From contig JACPAV010000014.1 in the NCBI GenBank assembly GCA_016180645.1, positions 62,001-82,715 on the forward strand: 20,715 bases of DNA. Direction: 5' to 3'. The notes under the pieces were generated by a model. That model did no database searches and was not told the origin of the DNA. It saw only the letters and a list, made by a program, of their open reading frames with translations. Positions 8,647 to 19,198 of this stretch are shown here, one piece after another; positions within the stretch are counted from its first letter, which is position 1; every line of letters starts with the position of its first letter. The position numbers were made by a program, and so were the translations under genes. The DNA comes from Nitrospirota bacterium. Lineage in GTDB: Bacteria > JACPQY01.

Positions 8647-9747
8647 TCAGCCTTTGATTTCCCAAGTCTCGCCGGAGTTGAGGAGCTTCGCGAGATCCCC
8701 CGGCCCGCGCTTCGCGGTGACGTCGCTAATTTGCTTGTGAATCAGCGACTCATAAGACGGCTGGGCGACTTCTCGGAAGACGCCGATCGGCATCGGGAAC
8801 TCAGGCGGTTGCAGGTGGGCCAGAAGGTGGGCCAAGGACCTGTCGGTTGAGTCGTAAGTGAGAACGTCTTTCTCGGTGACCGATCCACCCAACTGCACGA
8901 TTTCCGGTTTGTGACCGGCCACGCGGATGCCTTTCTCCTTGTTCTTCCCGAAAAGGAGTGGCTTCCCGTGGGCGACTTCCACGTTCTGGTCGTCCCGCAC
9001 ATCTTTCTCCGTGAACGGCTCGAATGCGCCGTCGTTGTAAACCGGGCAGTTCTGATAGACCTGAATGAAAGCGCATCCCTTGTGTGCGGCGGCACGACCC
9101 AGGATGTCCACGAGATGTTTTTGGTAGATGGCGGCGGATCGCGCCACGAAGGTTGCACCGCAGGTCAGTGCCAATGAAACGGGATCGACCGGCGGTTCCA
9201 CGGTCCCGAACGGCGCCGTCTTGTTCACCTGCCCGAGACGGCTGGTCGGCGAATATTGCCCCTTCGTCAATCCATAGATCCGGTTGTCGAACAGAATGAT
9301 CTTGAGGTTGACGTTGCGCCGCATGGCGTGCATCAGGTGATTGCCGCCGATCGCCAACCCATCCCCGTCGCCCGTCATAACCCAGACGAGCAAGTCCGGA
9401 TTGGTGGCGGCCACGCCGGTAGCGACGGCCGGCGCGCGGCCGTGGAGGGTGTGAAACCCGTACGTGTTGACGTAGTAGGGGAACCGCGAGGAGCAGCCGA
9501 TTCCGGAGACGACGACGAATCGCTCACGCGGAATATTGAGATGGGTGAAGGCCGTGGTGGCGGCATTCAGAATGGAGTAGTCGCCGCAACCGGGGCACCA
9601 TCGAACCTCCTGGTCAGAAAGAAAGTCCTTGCGTGTCAGCTTGACGGCCGCCGGCGCGGAGGCCGCTCCAGACTCCTGACTTCTCGCGGCACTTCCGCCG
9701 TCCTGGCGGTCGGCCGCCGCGGATTTCTGTGGAGCTAGGGATGCCAT
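8647..9747 (-). CDS. korB: 2-oxoacid (probably 2-oxoglutarate):ferredoxin oxidoreductase beta subunit
   Basis: 'WCPGCGD', 'SGIGCSSR', 'HGRAP', TPP motif 'GDGD..AIGGNH', 'YGLTKGQYSPT'; operon with sucCD. Confidence 0.93.
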   Translation of the reverse strand: MASLAPQKSAAADRQDGGSAARSQESGAASAPAAVKLTRKDFLSDQEVRWCPGCGDYSILNAATTAFTHLNIPRERFVVVSGIGCSSRFPYYVNTYGFHTLHGRAPAVATGVAATNPDLLVWVMTGDGDGLAIGGNHLMHAMRRNVNLKIILFDNRIYGLTKGQYSPTSRLGQVNKTAPFGTVEPPVDPVSLALTCGATFVARSAAIYQKHLVDILGRAAAHKGCAFIQVYQNCPVYNDGAFEPFTEKDVRDDQNVEVAHGKPLLFGKNKEKGIRVAGHKPEIVQLGGSVTEKDVLTYDSTDRSLAHLLAHLQPPEFPMPIGVFREVAQPSYESLIHKQISDVTAKRGPGDLAKLLNSGETWEIKG

Positions 9748-9750
9748 CGA

Positions 9751-11661
9751 TCACCTCTTTGAGAGCTGTTTCTTGAATTCGTCCTGGAGTTCCGAAACGC
9801 TGAACGGCTGGCCGGTGACCCGGTTGTAGCCGATCGTTTCTACCAGGTAGTTTGCGCGGATCAGGAAACTCAACTGGCCGAGGTTGTTTTCGGGGACCAG
9901 GATTCGCTTGTGTTTCTTCAGGATGGAACCCAGATCGGAGGGAAGCGGATTCAGCCAGCGAAGATGCAGGTGTCCAATGGAGAGTCCCTGTTCCACCGAT
10001 CGCTCGACGGCCGTGCGAATGGGTCCGAACGTGCTGCCCCAACTGACCACGAGCAGGTCGGGGTTGGCCTTGCCGACGATCTCGGTCGGCGGGAGTTCCT
10101 GGGCGATCCGGGCCACCTTCTCCGCCCTCATCTTGACCATGAGATCGTGATTGGGAGGATCGTAGGAGATGTGGCCGAGGATGTTGCTTTTCTCGAGTCC
10201 CCCGATGCGGTGTTCGAGACCCGGCGTGCCGGGAAGGGCCCACGGCCGCGCCAGCGTCTTTTCGTCCCTGGCGTACGGCTGGAATCCTCCATTGGATCCG
10301 GCCTTGAGGGCCCGGAGGCGGGGCGACACGTCCATGGCCGGCAACGCATTGACGTCGGCGATCCGCCACGGCTCGGAACCGAAGACCGTGTACAGATCGG
10401 TGAGAAGGATTACCGGCGTCATGTACTTGATCGCGATCCGGGTGGCCTCCACGGCGCAGTCGAAGGCATCCGAGGCGGAAGCCACGGCGACAATGGGAAC
10501 GGGCGATTCGGAGGGCCGGCCGAAAAGCGCGAACAGGAGATCGGCCTGTTCCGTTTTGGTCGGCATTCCGGTGGAGGGTCCGGCGCGCTGAACATCGACG
10601 ACGATGATCGGGAGTTCCGTAATGACGGCCAGTCCGAGCGCTTCGCTTTTTAGCGCGAGGCCGGGACCGCTCGTTCCGGTGGCCCCCAGCCCCCCGGCGA
10701 ACGAGGCGCCGATGGCCGCGTTCATCGAGGCAATCTCATCTTCGAACTGCATCGTGATCACGCCGAAATTCTTGAGCGACGAAAGTTCCTGCAAGATCTC
10801 CGTCGCGGGCGTGATCGGATAGCTGCAGTAGACCAGCTTCAGGTCGGCCTTCTGCGTGGCGGCCACCATGCCGTAGACGATGCCTTGGTAGCCGGTCAGG
10901 TTCTTGTAGCGTCCGGGGCGCAGCTTGGCGGGCGGCACCTCGTAAGCGACGGAAAAGAGTTCGACGGTTTCGGCGTAATTGAAACCGGCCTTGAGGACCC
11001 GAGTGTTAGCCTCGACGAAATCCGGCGACTTGGCGAATTTGTTCTTGATCCAGCGTTCGATCGGATCGAGCGGCCGGCCGTAGAGCCAGCAGACCACGCC
11101 CAGCGCAAAAAAGTTGCGACACCGTTCGCGATCTTTGTGGGAAACGGACGCCATGTCCTCGATGGTCTTCACCGTGATCGAGGTCATGGGGATCTTCACC
11201 ACGCGCAGTCCGGAGAGAGAATTGTCCTCAAGCGGATTGGCCTGGTAGCCCGCCTTCTCAAGGTTCTTTTCCGTGAATTCGTCTGTGTTCACGATAATCG
11301 TTGCGTTCGGAGCGATCCGGTTGAGATTCGCCTTCAACGCCGCCGGATTAAAAGCGATCAGGACCTGCGCTTTGTCGCCCGGCGTATGGATGTCATACGA
11401 CGAAAATTGGATCTGGTACCCTGAGACACCCGGCACCGAGCCCGCCGGGGCGCGGATCTCCGCGGGAAAATCGGGGAAGGTGGAGAGGTCGTTCCCCGCG
11501 ATGGCGGTAACGTTGGTGAACTGGCTTCCGGTGAGTTGAATACCGTCGCCCGAGTCGCCGGCAAACCGGATGATGGCTTCGCGGACCTGCTGTCGGCTGA
11601 TCCTCTTCTTTCCGCCTTCAGGCGAATCGAGGCGGTCTTCGGGTGATGGTGTTTGTGCCAT
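9751..11661 (-). CDS. korA: 2-oxoacid:ferredoxin oxidoreductase alpha subunit (gamma-alpha fusion)
   Basis: 'FAGDSGDGIQLTG', 'FPAEIRAPAG', 'YPITPA', 'EDEIA', 'TSGPG', 'QRAGPSTGMPTKTEQADL'. Confidence 0.94.
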   Translation of the reverse strand: MAQTPSPEDRLDSPEGGKKRISRQQVREAIIRFAGDSGDGIQLTGSQFTNVTAIAGNDLSTFPDFPAEIRAPAGSVPGVSGYQIQFSSYDIHTPGDKAQVLIAFNPAALKANLNRIAPNATIIVNTDEFTEKNLEKAGYQANPLEDNSLSGLRVVKIPMTSITVKTIEDMASVSHKDRERCRNFFALGVVCWLYGRPLDPIERWIKNKFAKSPDFVEANTRVLKAGFNYAETVELFSVAYEVPPAKLRPGRYKNLTGYQGIVYGMVAATQKADLKLVYCSYPITPATEILQELSSLKNFGVITMQFEDEIASMNAAIGASFAGGLGATGTSGPGLALKSEALGLAVITELPIIVVDVQRAGPSTGMPTKTEQADLLFALFGRPSESPVPIVAVASASDAFDCAVEATRIAIKYMTPVILLTDLYTVFGSEPWRIADVNALPAMDVSPRLRALKAGSNGGFQPYARDEKTLARPWALPGTPGLEHRIGGLEKSNILGHISYDPPNHDLMVKMRAEKVARIAQELPPTEIVGKANPDLLVVSWGSTFGPIRTAVERSVEQGLSIGHLHLRWLNPLPSDLGSILKKHKRILVPENNLGQLSFLIRANYLVETIGYNRVTGQPFSVSELQDEFKKQLSKR

Positions 11662-11715
11662 GTTGTGCTTCTCCCAGCTTAGGTTCTTCGTTGCATCGCC
11701 AGGGATGCCTCTCCG

Positions 11716-12699
<984 letters not shown>

Positions 12700-12745
12700 C
12701 GTGCAAAGACCGCCTAACGGAATCTCTGTTCGTAGGGGAGCATCT

Positions 12746-14005
<1,260 letters not shown>

Positions 14006-14108
14006 AGTGTGTAATCCTTGTCAGTATTGAAACCTGTTCAAAACCGCGCGCGTAGTGTGTCCACTTCCCCCTTCCGGGAATATGATCGCGGTCAACCTGG
14101 ATGTTCTA

Positions 14109-14235
14109 GGCTCTATGTGAAAACCCCACCATTGCCTTGGGGAGCATCTCTTGGTAGCCGCACCCTTTACGGGTGCGTCTTCGGACGCAGGCTGAAGCCT
14201 GCGCCTACCGGTCCAACGCGTTTTCAAACAGAGCC
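14109..14235. mobile_element. MITE-like element (127 bp) with terminal inverted repeats, carrying a REP doublet
   Basis: Left GGCTCTATGTGAAAAC vs right (reverse complement) GGCTCTGTTTGAAAAC (14/16); flanked by TA (or CTAG) on both sides; internal family-B REP at 14153-14209 plus a GGGGAGCATCT fragment of family A. No transposase. Confidence 0.7.
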
Positions 14236-15554
14236 TAGAACCCTTCGCTCGAGATGGCGGAAGGGGTGGGTTGAACCACGGCGGAGGAAAACGCCTGCAT
14301 CAACACGGACACCATGCCGACGCGCAGGCCCGTGCCGAACCCCGCGATGTTGTCCATGAGCATCTTGAGGAAAAAGCCGCCCGAACGCAGATCGTTGAAC
14401 ACCGTGTGGCTCATGAGCGTTTTTCCGTCCATCGGATAGAAATCCCACGCACCCCATTCGCCGTCGATCGTATGGTCCCGCAGGCGATTGAGCGAAAAGG
14501 AAAGGCGGTTGCCGCCCGGCTGCCAAACGTAGTCGTAGGACTGCTCGAACGTGAGCGGGAAAATGATCTTGTACTTCATCTTGAATTCCATGGTGAAGGC
14601 GTTGGCATCGCCTTTGATCTTCCGGACGTCCTCCATCACTTTGAAGAACTTGGGATAGCGGCCGAAGTCGGTGACGACGGCCTTGCACCGTTCGGGTGGC
14701 GCGTCCACGAGCGCCAGCGAGGAGAAGAAACGGATCCCGTTTGAATCGGGATACCATGACAGCACGACTTTCTTGAATTGGCGGACGAGTCCTTCCAGCG
14801 CGGCGCTGTTTTCGATGGGTGGAGGGAGGGTGACTTTCTGCCAATCGAAGGACTTGGCCTCCGCAATCACCTTGATGCCTTCCACGCGTTCCTTCACGGA
14901 TTCGGGGAAGAGCGTGCCGACCGAAACGAGCGTCGGCGTTTCCAACTCGGGAAACGTCTTGAACATGAGCTTCGCCAGCGCCCCGAATGAGGAGAGATTC
15001 GCGTATGAGGTGTAGGTCATCACCGTCCGGTTCTCATCGACTGGGAAGTAGATCTCCCGATAATTCACTTCCGTGAACGCCTGCTCGCCTTTCTTTGCCG
15101 GCAAGCCCCAAATCAGATGCTCATCCTTTTCGAGGTGCTGTTCGAGCGTCCACACGATGCCGAGTTCGATCGGCCCGGCCTTGATACCGGTCTTGTACTC
15201 GGAGTCCTGCGACCGTTGTTCGGGCCGTTTCTCCAGCACCTTCACGTGAATCACGTTCGGAACAAACTCGTGATAGTGGTCGTAGTCGGTGACCGTCGCC
15301 CAAACTTTTTCGAACGGGGCCTTGATCAGAAGGATGCCGGTGACGAACGTGGGCTTTCCCGGCTGCTCGTGAATGATGACGATCGTGGCTTTTTCGAGCA
15401 GCGGGACGAGCGCCTTCGGATCGAACGTCCCGCGGATCTCCGGGTAGACCCCTTCCGGCTCGTGGGCGAAAAGCGGCGCCGAAGGAAGGGCGAGGAATAT
15501 GGCTGCGGCAACCAACGCCCGAAGGCAAAGTAACACCCTCCCGTTCAAAGTCAT
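14235..15554 (-). CDS. Secreted protein with two START/SRPBCC (polyketide cyclase-like) domains
   Basis: Signal peptide (…LRALVAAAIFLALPSAPLFA); two internal repeats, 'IKAPFEKVWATVTDYDHYHEFVPNV' and 'VDAPPERCKAVVTDFGRYPKFFKVM'. Confidence 0.8.
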   Translation of the reverse strand: MTLNGRVLLCLRALVAAAIFLALPSAPLFAHEPEGVYPEIRGTFDPKALVPLLEKATIVIIHEQPGKPTFVTGILLIKAPFEKVWATVTDYDHYHEFVPNVIHVKVLEKRPEQRSQDSEYKTGIKAGPIELGIVWTLEQHLEKDEHLIWGLPAKKGEQAFTEVNYREIYFPVDENRTVMTYTSYANLSSFGALAKLMFKTFPELETPTLVSVGTLFPESVKERVEGIKVIAEAKSFDWQKVTLPPPIENSAALEGLVRQFKKVVLSWYPDSNGIRFFSSLALVDAPPERCKAVVTDFGRYPKFFKVMEDVRKIKGDANAFTMEFKMKYKIIFPLTFEQSYDYVWQPGGNRLSFSLNRLRDHTIDGEWGAWDFYPMDGKTLMSHTVFNDLRSGGFFLKMLMDNIAGFGTGLRVGMVSVLMQAFSSAVVQPTPSAISSEGF

Positions 15555-15563
15555 GATGGCCCT

Positions 15564-15592
15564 TGTCTACCAAACCCACTCGCGGCTTTCAA
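15564..15592 (-). promoter_or_regulatory. Putative sigma70 promoter of the START-domain gene
   Basis: TTGAAA-N17-TAGACA with TGn extension; 9 nt before ATG 15554. Confidence 0.5.
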
Positions 15593-15633
15593 CCTGAAAA
15601 CTGCGTCCGCCCTTGCCTTCAGGGCTCAAACGT

Positions 15634-15824
15634 AGAGCCTCTAACGTAATGACGCGGGCTGAAGCCCCATGCCACGGAGGGTATGGGACCATGGTATGTC
15701 GCCGCACCACGGATGGTGCGGCATGTAACATGGCCCGCGGCTACCGGGAATGCGCATCCGTGGTAGGCGCAGGCTTTATGCCTGCGGAAGACGCTTACTG
15801 GTTCCCCATTGTGTTAGAGGCTCT
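15634..15824. mobile_element. Second MITE-like element (about 190 bp) with different terminal inverted repeats, carrying REP fragments
   Basis: Left AGAGCCTCTAACGTAATG vs right (reverse complement) AGAGCCTCTAACACAATG (16/18); contains GGTAGGCGCAGGCTTTATGCCTGCG (15762-15786), identical to 5685-5709. The target-site duplication is not clean. Confidence 0.65.
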
Positions 15825-16070
15825 TAGTCGCACGGAGCCGCAACGACCATTCCGTGTGCGGTTTTCCGCCGGGCCGGGTATCATCCTGCCGTACCATGAA
15901 CCCTGCGAGGACTGATCGGTCGGGGGGCACGGGGAATCCGGTCTCCCCCAAGCCCCTGTGGACAAATTACGACCTGTGTTGATGTGATCTCCCTCGTCAC
16001 TGCCCGAAAAGACTGCCGAGGTGATATTATCAGGCCACATTTTCCTCTGAATGAATGGATAGAAAGCATC

Positions 16071-16682
16071 ATGTCCAAAGCTAAGCCGACGGCCGAAAAA
16101 GCCGGGGATGAAATGGCGGCGTTTCCGGGTCCACAGGACAGATTGTTTGAATTCGCGGCCAAAGGGACAGTCACTCCGTCGGAATTTTCCAGGAGACAGG
16201 CTTGGCACTTCTACGTAAACGGCTACAAAGACGCCGCTGATTTCCTAGTCACACATGCTGCAACAGAGGGAGACCCGCGTAAGATCGGGTACCCCATCTT
16301 ATTCTTGTACCGCCAGCACCTCGAACTGGCACTCAAAGCCCTAATTCGCGATTGCGGCCGTATGGCTGGGAGGCGCGAGGCCTTTCCCAAAACACATCGA
16401 ATCGATGACCTATGGCAGATTTGCTGTCGTTTACTCAACGAAATATCGTCAGGCACGTCCAACAACGATGAAATACAACAGACCACTCGGCTAATCGCTG
16501 AGTTCTCCAAGGTAGATCCAACGTCCGAGGCGTCTCGATATCCGGAAGATAAAGACGGTAATCCACCCGCGGTTGACGTGGAAGTTGTTCTGAGCACGGT
16601 GAAAGAATCTGTTGGAAAGCTGTCACTGCTTCTGGACTGCATAGGCACGCATGTCAACATACGTGAAGACGACGCTTTCTAA
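16071..16682 (+). CDS. Hypothetical protein, HEPN-like helical family
   Basis: Pattern 'GYKDAAD.L...YPILFLYRQHLELALK...H.I..LW...D..S...RYP' recalls HEPN-fold proteins; visibly more AT-rich than the flanks; TGnTATTAT box at 16022-16030. Start could be 16071 or 16113. Confidence 0.65.
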   Translation: MSKAKPTAEKAGDEMAAFPGPQDRLFEFAAKGTVTPSEFSRRQAWHFYVNGYKDAADFLVTHAATEGDPRKIGYPILFLYRQHLELALKALIRDCGRMAGRREAFPKTHRIDDLWQICCRLLNEISSGTSNNDEIQQTTRLIAEFSKVDPTSEASRYPEDKDGNPPAVDVEVVLSTVKESVGKLSLLLDCIGTHVNIREDDAF

Positions 16683-16760
16683 CATCGGCTCGCAGCGGAA
16701 CGGAACCGCAACGGCGACATTGCGCATGCCGTCGCGGTCCGCTGAAGCCGGGCGTCAGCC
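16677..16760 (+). other. attC-like integron cassette recombination site (degenerate)
   Basis: R'' TTCTAAC contains the gene's TAA stop; arms CGGCTCGCAGCGGA / TCCGCTGAAGCCG with an extrahelical base; inner stem ACCGCAACGGC / GCCGTCGCGGT; R' is GTCAGCC (GTC instead of canonical GTT); 84 bp. Confidence 0.6.
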
Positions 16761-16812
16761 CGCACGAGGCGCGACCGGAAAACGAAAATGACTGCGTCGA
16801 GGATGGGTGACT

Positions 16813-18276
16813 GTGTTTGAACAAGCCTTCAAGAACATCGACGATGTCCTCTGGAAAGAGGCGGGGTGCACAACCGAGCTTGACTACACCGAGCAGACTT
16901 CCTGGCTGCTGTTCCTGAAATACCTCGACGGGCTGGAGCAGGACCTCGCCGATGAGGCCGCGCTTGAGAGGAAGAAGTACGGCTACATCCTCGACAAGCC
17001 GTACCGATGGGAAAGTTGGGCCGCGCCCAAAGGCAAGGACGGCAAGCTCGACCACAACAAGGCCCTGACCGGCGACGACCTTCGCGACTTCGTCAATCAG
17101 AAGCTCTTTCCCTACCTCCACGGCTTCAAGCAAAAGGCCAGCGGGCCGAACACGATCGAATACAAGATCGGGGAAATCTTCGGCGAGATCAAGAACAAGA
17201 TCTCCAGCGGCTACAACATGCGGGAGATCATCGATCACATCGACGAACTGCGCTTCCGCTCACAGGCCGAGAAGCACGAACTCTCGCACCTCTACGAAGC
17301 CAAGATCAAGAACATGGGCAACGCCGGTCGCAACGGCGGCGAGTATTACACCCCGCGTCCGCTCATCCGCGCCATCGTGCAAGTGGTCAAGCCGAAGCTT
17401 GGCGAGCGCATCTACGACGGCGCGGTCGGCTCGGCGGGCTTCTTGTGCGAAGCGTACGAATACCTCAAAGAGGCCCATCCCAAGCGTACCACCTCGCAGG
17501 ACCGCATCCTTCAGGAGCGCACCTTCCACGGGAAGGAAAAGAAGTCCCTCGCCTACGTTATCGCGATCATGAACATGATCCTGCACGGCATCGAAGCGCC
17601 CAACATCATCCACACCAACACGCTCACGGAAAACCTCGCCGACATTCAGGAGAAGGACCGCTACGACGTGGTGCTCGCCAATCCGCCCTTCGGCGGCAAG
17701 GAGCGCCAGGAGGTCCAGCAGAACTTCCCCATCCGCACCGGCGAGACCGCCTTCCTCTTCCTCCAGCACTTCATCAAGATCCTCAAGGCCGGCGGGCGCG
17801 CCGGCGTGGTCATCAAGAACACCTTCCTCTCCAACACCGATAACGCCTCCGTGAGCCTGCGCAAACTCCTGTTGGAAAGCTGCAACCTCCACACCGTCCT
17901 CGACTGTCCCGGGGGGACGTTCCAGGGCGCAGGCGTGAAGACCGTCGTTCTTTTCTTCGAGAAAGGCAGCAAGACCCGCAAGGTTTGGTTCTACCAACTC
18001 GACCCCGGCCGCAACCTGGGCAAGACCAACCCGCTGAATGACGACGACCTCGCCGAGTTCGTGAAGTTGCAGAAGACCCTCGCCGACTCTCCCAAGAGCT
18101 GGTCTGTTGACACCCATGCCCTGAGCGAAGTCGAAGGGTTTGATCTCTCCGTGAAGAACCCGAACGGCGGCGAGGAAATCGTGCATCGCAGCCCACAGAA
18201 AATCATGGACGAAATCGCAGCGCTGGACGCCGAGAGCGCAGAGGTGCTGTCGAAAATCAGGGGGATGCTTGAATGA
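16813..18276 (+). CDS. hsdM: Type I restriction-modification system DNA methyltransferase (M subunit)
   Basis: 'GEYYTPR', motif I 'YDGAVGSAGFL', motif IV 'VLANPPFGG', HsdM N-terminus 'YTEQTSWLLFLKYLD'. Start is GTG 16813 (MFEQAFKNID) or 16807. Confidence 0.95.
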   Translation: MFEQAFKNIDDVLWKEAGCTTELDYTEQTSWLLFLKYLDGLEQDLADEAALERKKYGYILDKPYRWESWAAPKGKDGKLDHNKALTGDDLRDFVNQKLFPYLHGFKQKASGPNTIEYKIGEIFGEIKNKISSGYNMREIIDHIDELRFRSQAEKHELSHLYEAKIKNMGNAGRNGGEYYTPRPLIRAIVQVVKPKLGERIYDGAVGSAGFLCEAYEYLKEAHPKRTTSQDRILQERTFHGKEKKSLAYVIAIMNMILHGIEAPNIIHTNTLTENLADIQEKDRYDVVLANPPFGGKERQEVQQNFPIRTGETAFLFLQHFIKILKAGGRAGVVIKNTFLSNTDNASVSLRKLLLESCNLHTVLDCPGGTFQGAGVKTVVLFFEKGSKTRKVWFYQLDPGRNLGKTNPLNDDDLAEFVKLQKTLADSPKSWSVDTHALSEVEGFDLSVKNPNGGEEIVHRSPQKIMDEIAALDAESAEVLSKIRGMLE

Positions 18277-19121
18277 AAAAAGACCTGGCCATTTTTGAGG
18301 GACACGGAATCCGCCGCCTTTACGACGAAAAGACCGAGACGTGGTGGTTCTCGGTCGTGGACATCATTCAGGTGCTGACCCAACAGCCGGACCATCAGGC
18401 GTCCAGAAAGTATTGGAAGGTTCTAAAAGGCCGCTTGGCTAAAGAGGGAAGTGAACTGGTAACAAACTGTTACCAATTGAAAATGGCAGCGGATGACGGG
18501 AAGCAGCGCCTCACCGACGTGGCCTCTGCCGAGACCCTCCTGCGTCTGGTGCAGAGCGTTCCCAGCCCCAAAGCCGAGCCCATCAAGCTCTGGCTCGCCA
18601 AGGTGGGCCATGAGCGAATGCAGGAGATGACTGACCCCGCACGGGCGCTCGACCGTGCCCGCGAGACGTGGCAGAAGCATGGCCGCAGCGAAAAGTGGAT
18701 CCAGCAACGGATGACCGGGCAGGAAACCCGAAACAAACTCACCGACTACTGGGCCGGCCACGAGATCAAGAAGGGGGAAGAATACGCCATCCTGGCCAAC
18801 ATCATCCACCAAGAGTGGTCGGACGTCACGGTGCAGGATCACAAGGCTATCAAGGGCCTCGAATCCCAGAACCTGCGCGACCACATGAGCGAGGCCGAAC
18901 TCATTTTTACCGCCCTCGCCGAACTTTCCACCCGTCAGATCGCCGAGACCGCCGACGCCACCGGCATGCCCGAAAACAAGGCCGCCGCAAGGACCGGCGG
19001 CAAGATTGCAAAACGCGCCCGCTTGGAACTCGAAGCCAAGACCGGCAAACGAGTTGTGACCGGCGAGAACTACCTGCCGCCGGGAAGCGTCAAACGAATC
19101 AAAGGCGCAAACGATGAATGA
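18273..19121 (+). CDS. Bro-N domain (phage antirepressor-like) DNA-binding protein
   Basis: 'IRR.YD....WWFSVVDII..L', 'YWKVLK.RL..EGSE.VTNC..LK..A.DGK.RLTD', 'SVPSPKAEP.K.WLA', 'NLRDHM'; ATGA overlap with hsdM. Confidence 0.85.
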   Translation: MKKDLAIFEGHGIRRLYDEKTETWWFSVVDIIQVLTQQPDHQASRKYWKVLKGRLAKEGSELVTNCYQLKMAADDGKQRLTDVASAETLLRLVQSVPSPKAEPIKLWLAKVGHERMQEMTDPARALDRARETWQKHGRSEKWIQQRMTGQETRNKLTDYWAGHEIKKGEEYAILANIIHQEWSDVTVQDHKAIKGLESQNLRDHMSEAELIFTALAELSTRQIAETADATGMPENKAAARTGGKIAKRARLELEAKTGKRVVTGENYLPPGSVKRIKGANDE

Positions 19122-19198
19122 AACCGTCGCCATCGCAAAGCCTCGCGCTGGACGCGGAGAGAGCGAAGGTGCTGTCGAGAATTAGGGGGATGCTATGA
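19118..19198 (+). CDS. 26-aa mini-ORF containing a duplicate HsdM C-terminal tail (MKPSPSQSLALDAERAKVLSRIRGML)
   Basis: ATG overlaps the Bro-N stop and TGA overlaps the next ATG; 19145-19195 matches hsdM 18220-18270 at 44/51 nt without indels. Translation is inferred, not shown. Confidence 0.55.
   Translation: MKPSPSQSLALDAERAKVLSRIRGML

Noticed and set aside
11610-11638. Possible third copy of the korB/sucD hairpin motif in the korA N-terminus (GACCGCC...GGCGGAA)
   Set aside because: Only short GC-rich matches with a different loop and no AAGTGCCG tail; chance cannot be excluded.
15595-16070. tRNA/tmRNA integration site or integrase at the left edge of the accessory region
   Set aside because: No cloverleaf, T-arm motif, integrase ORF or att-like direct repeat matching the right end was found by eye.
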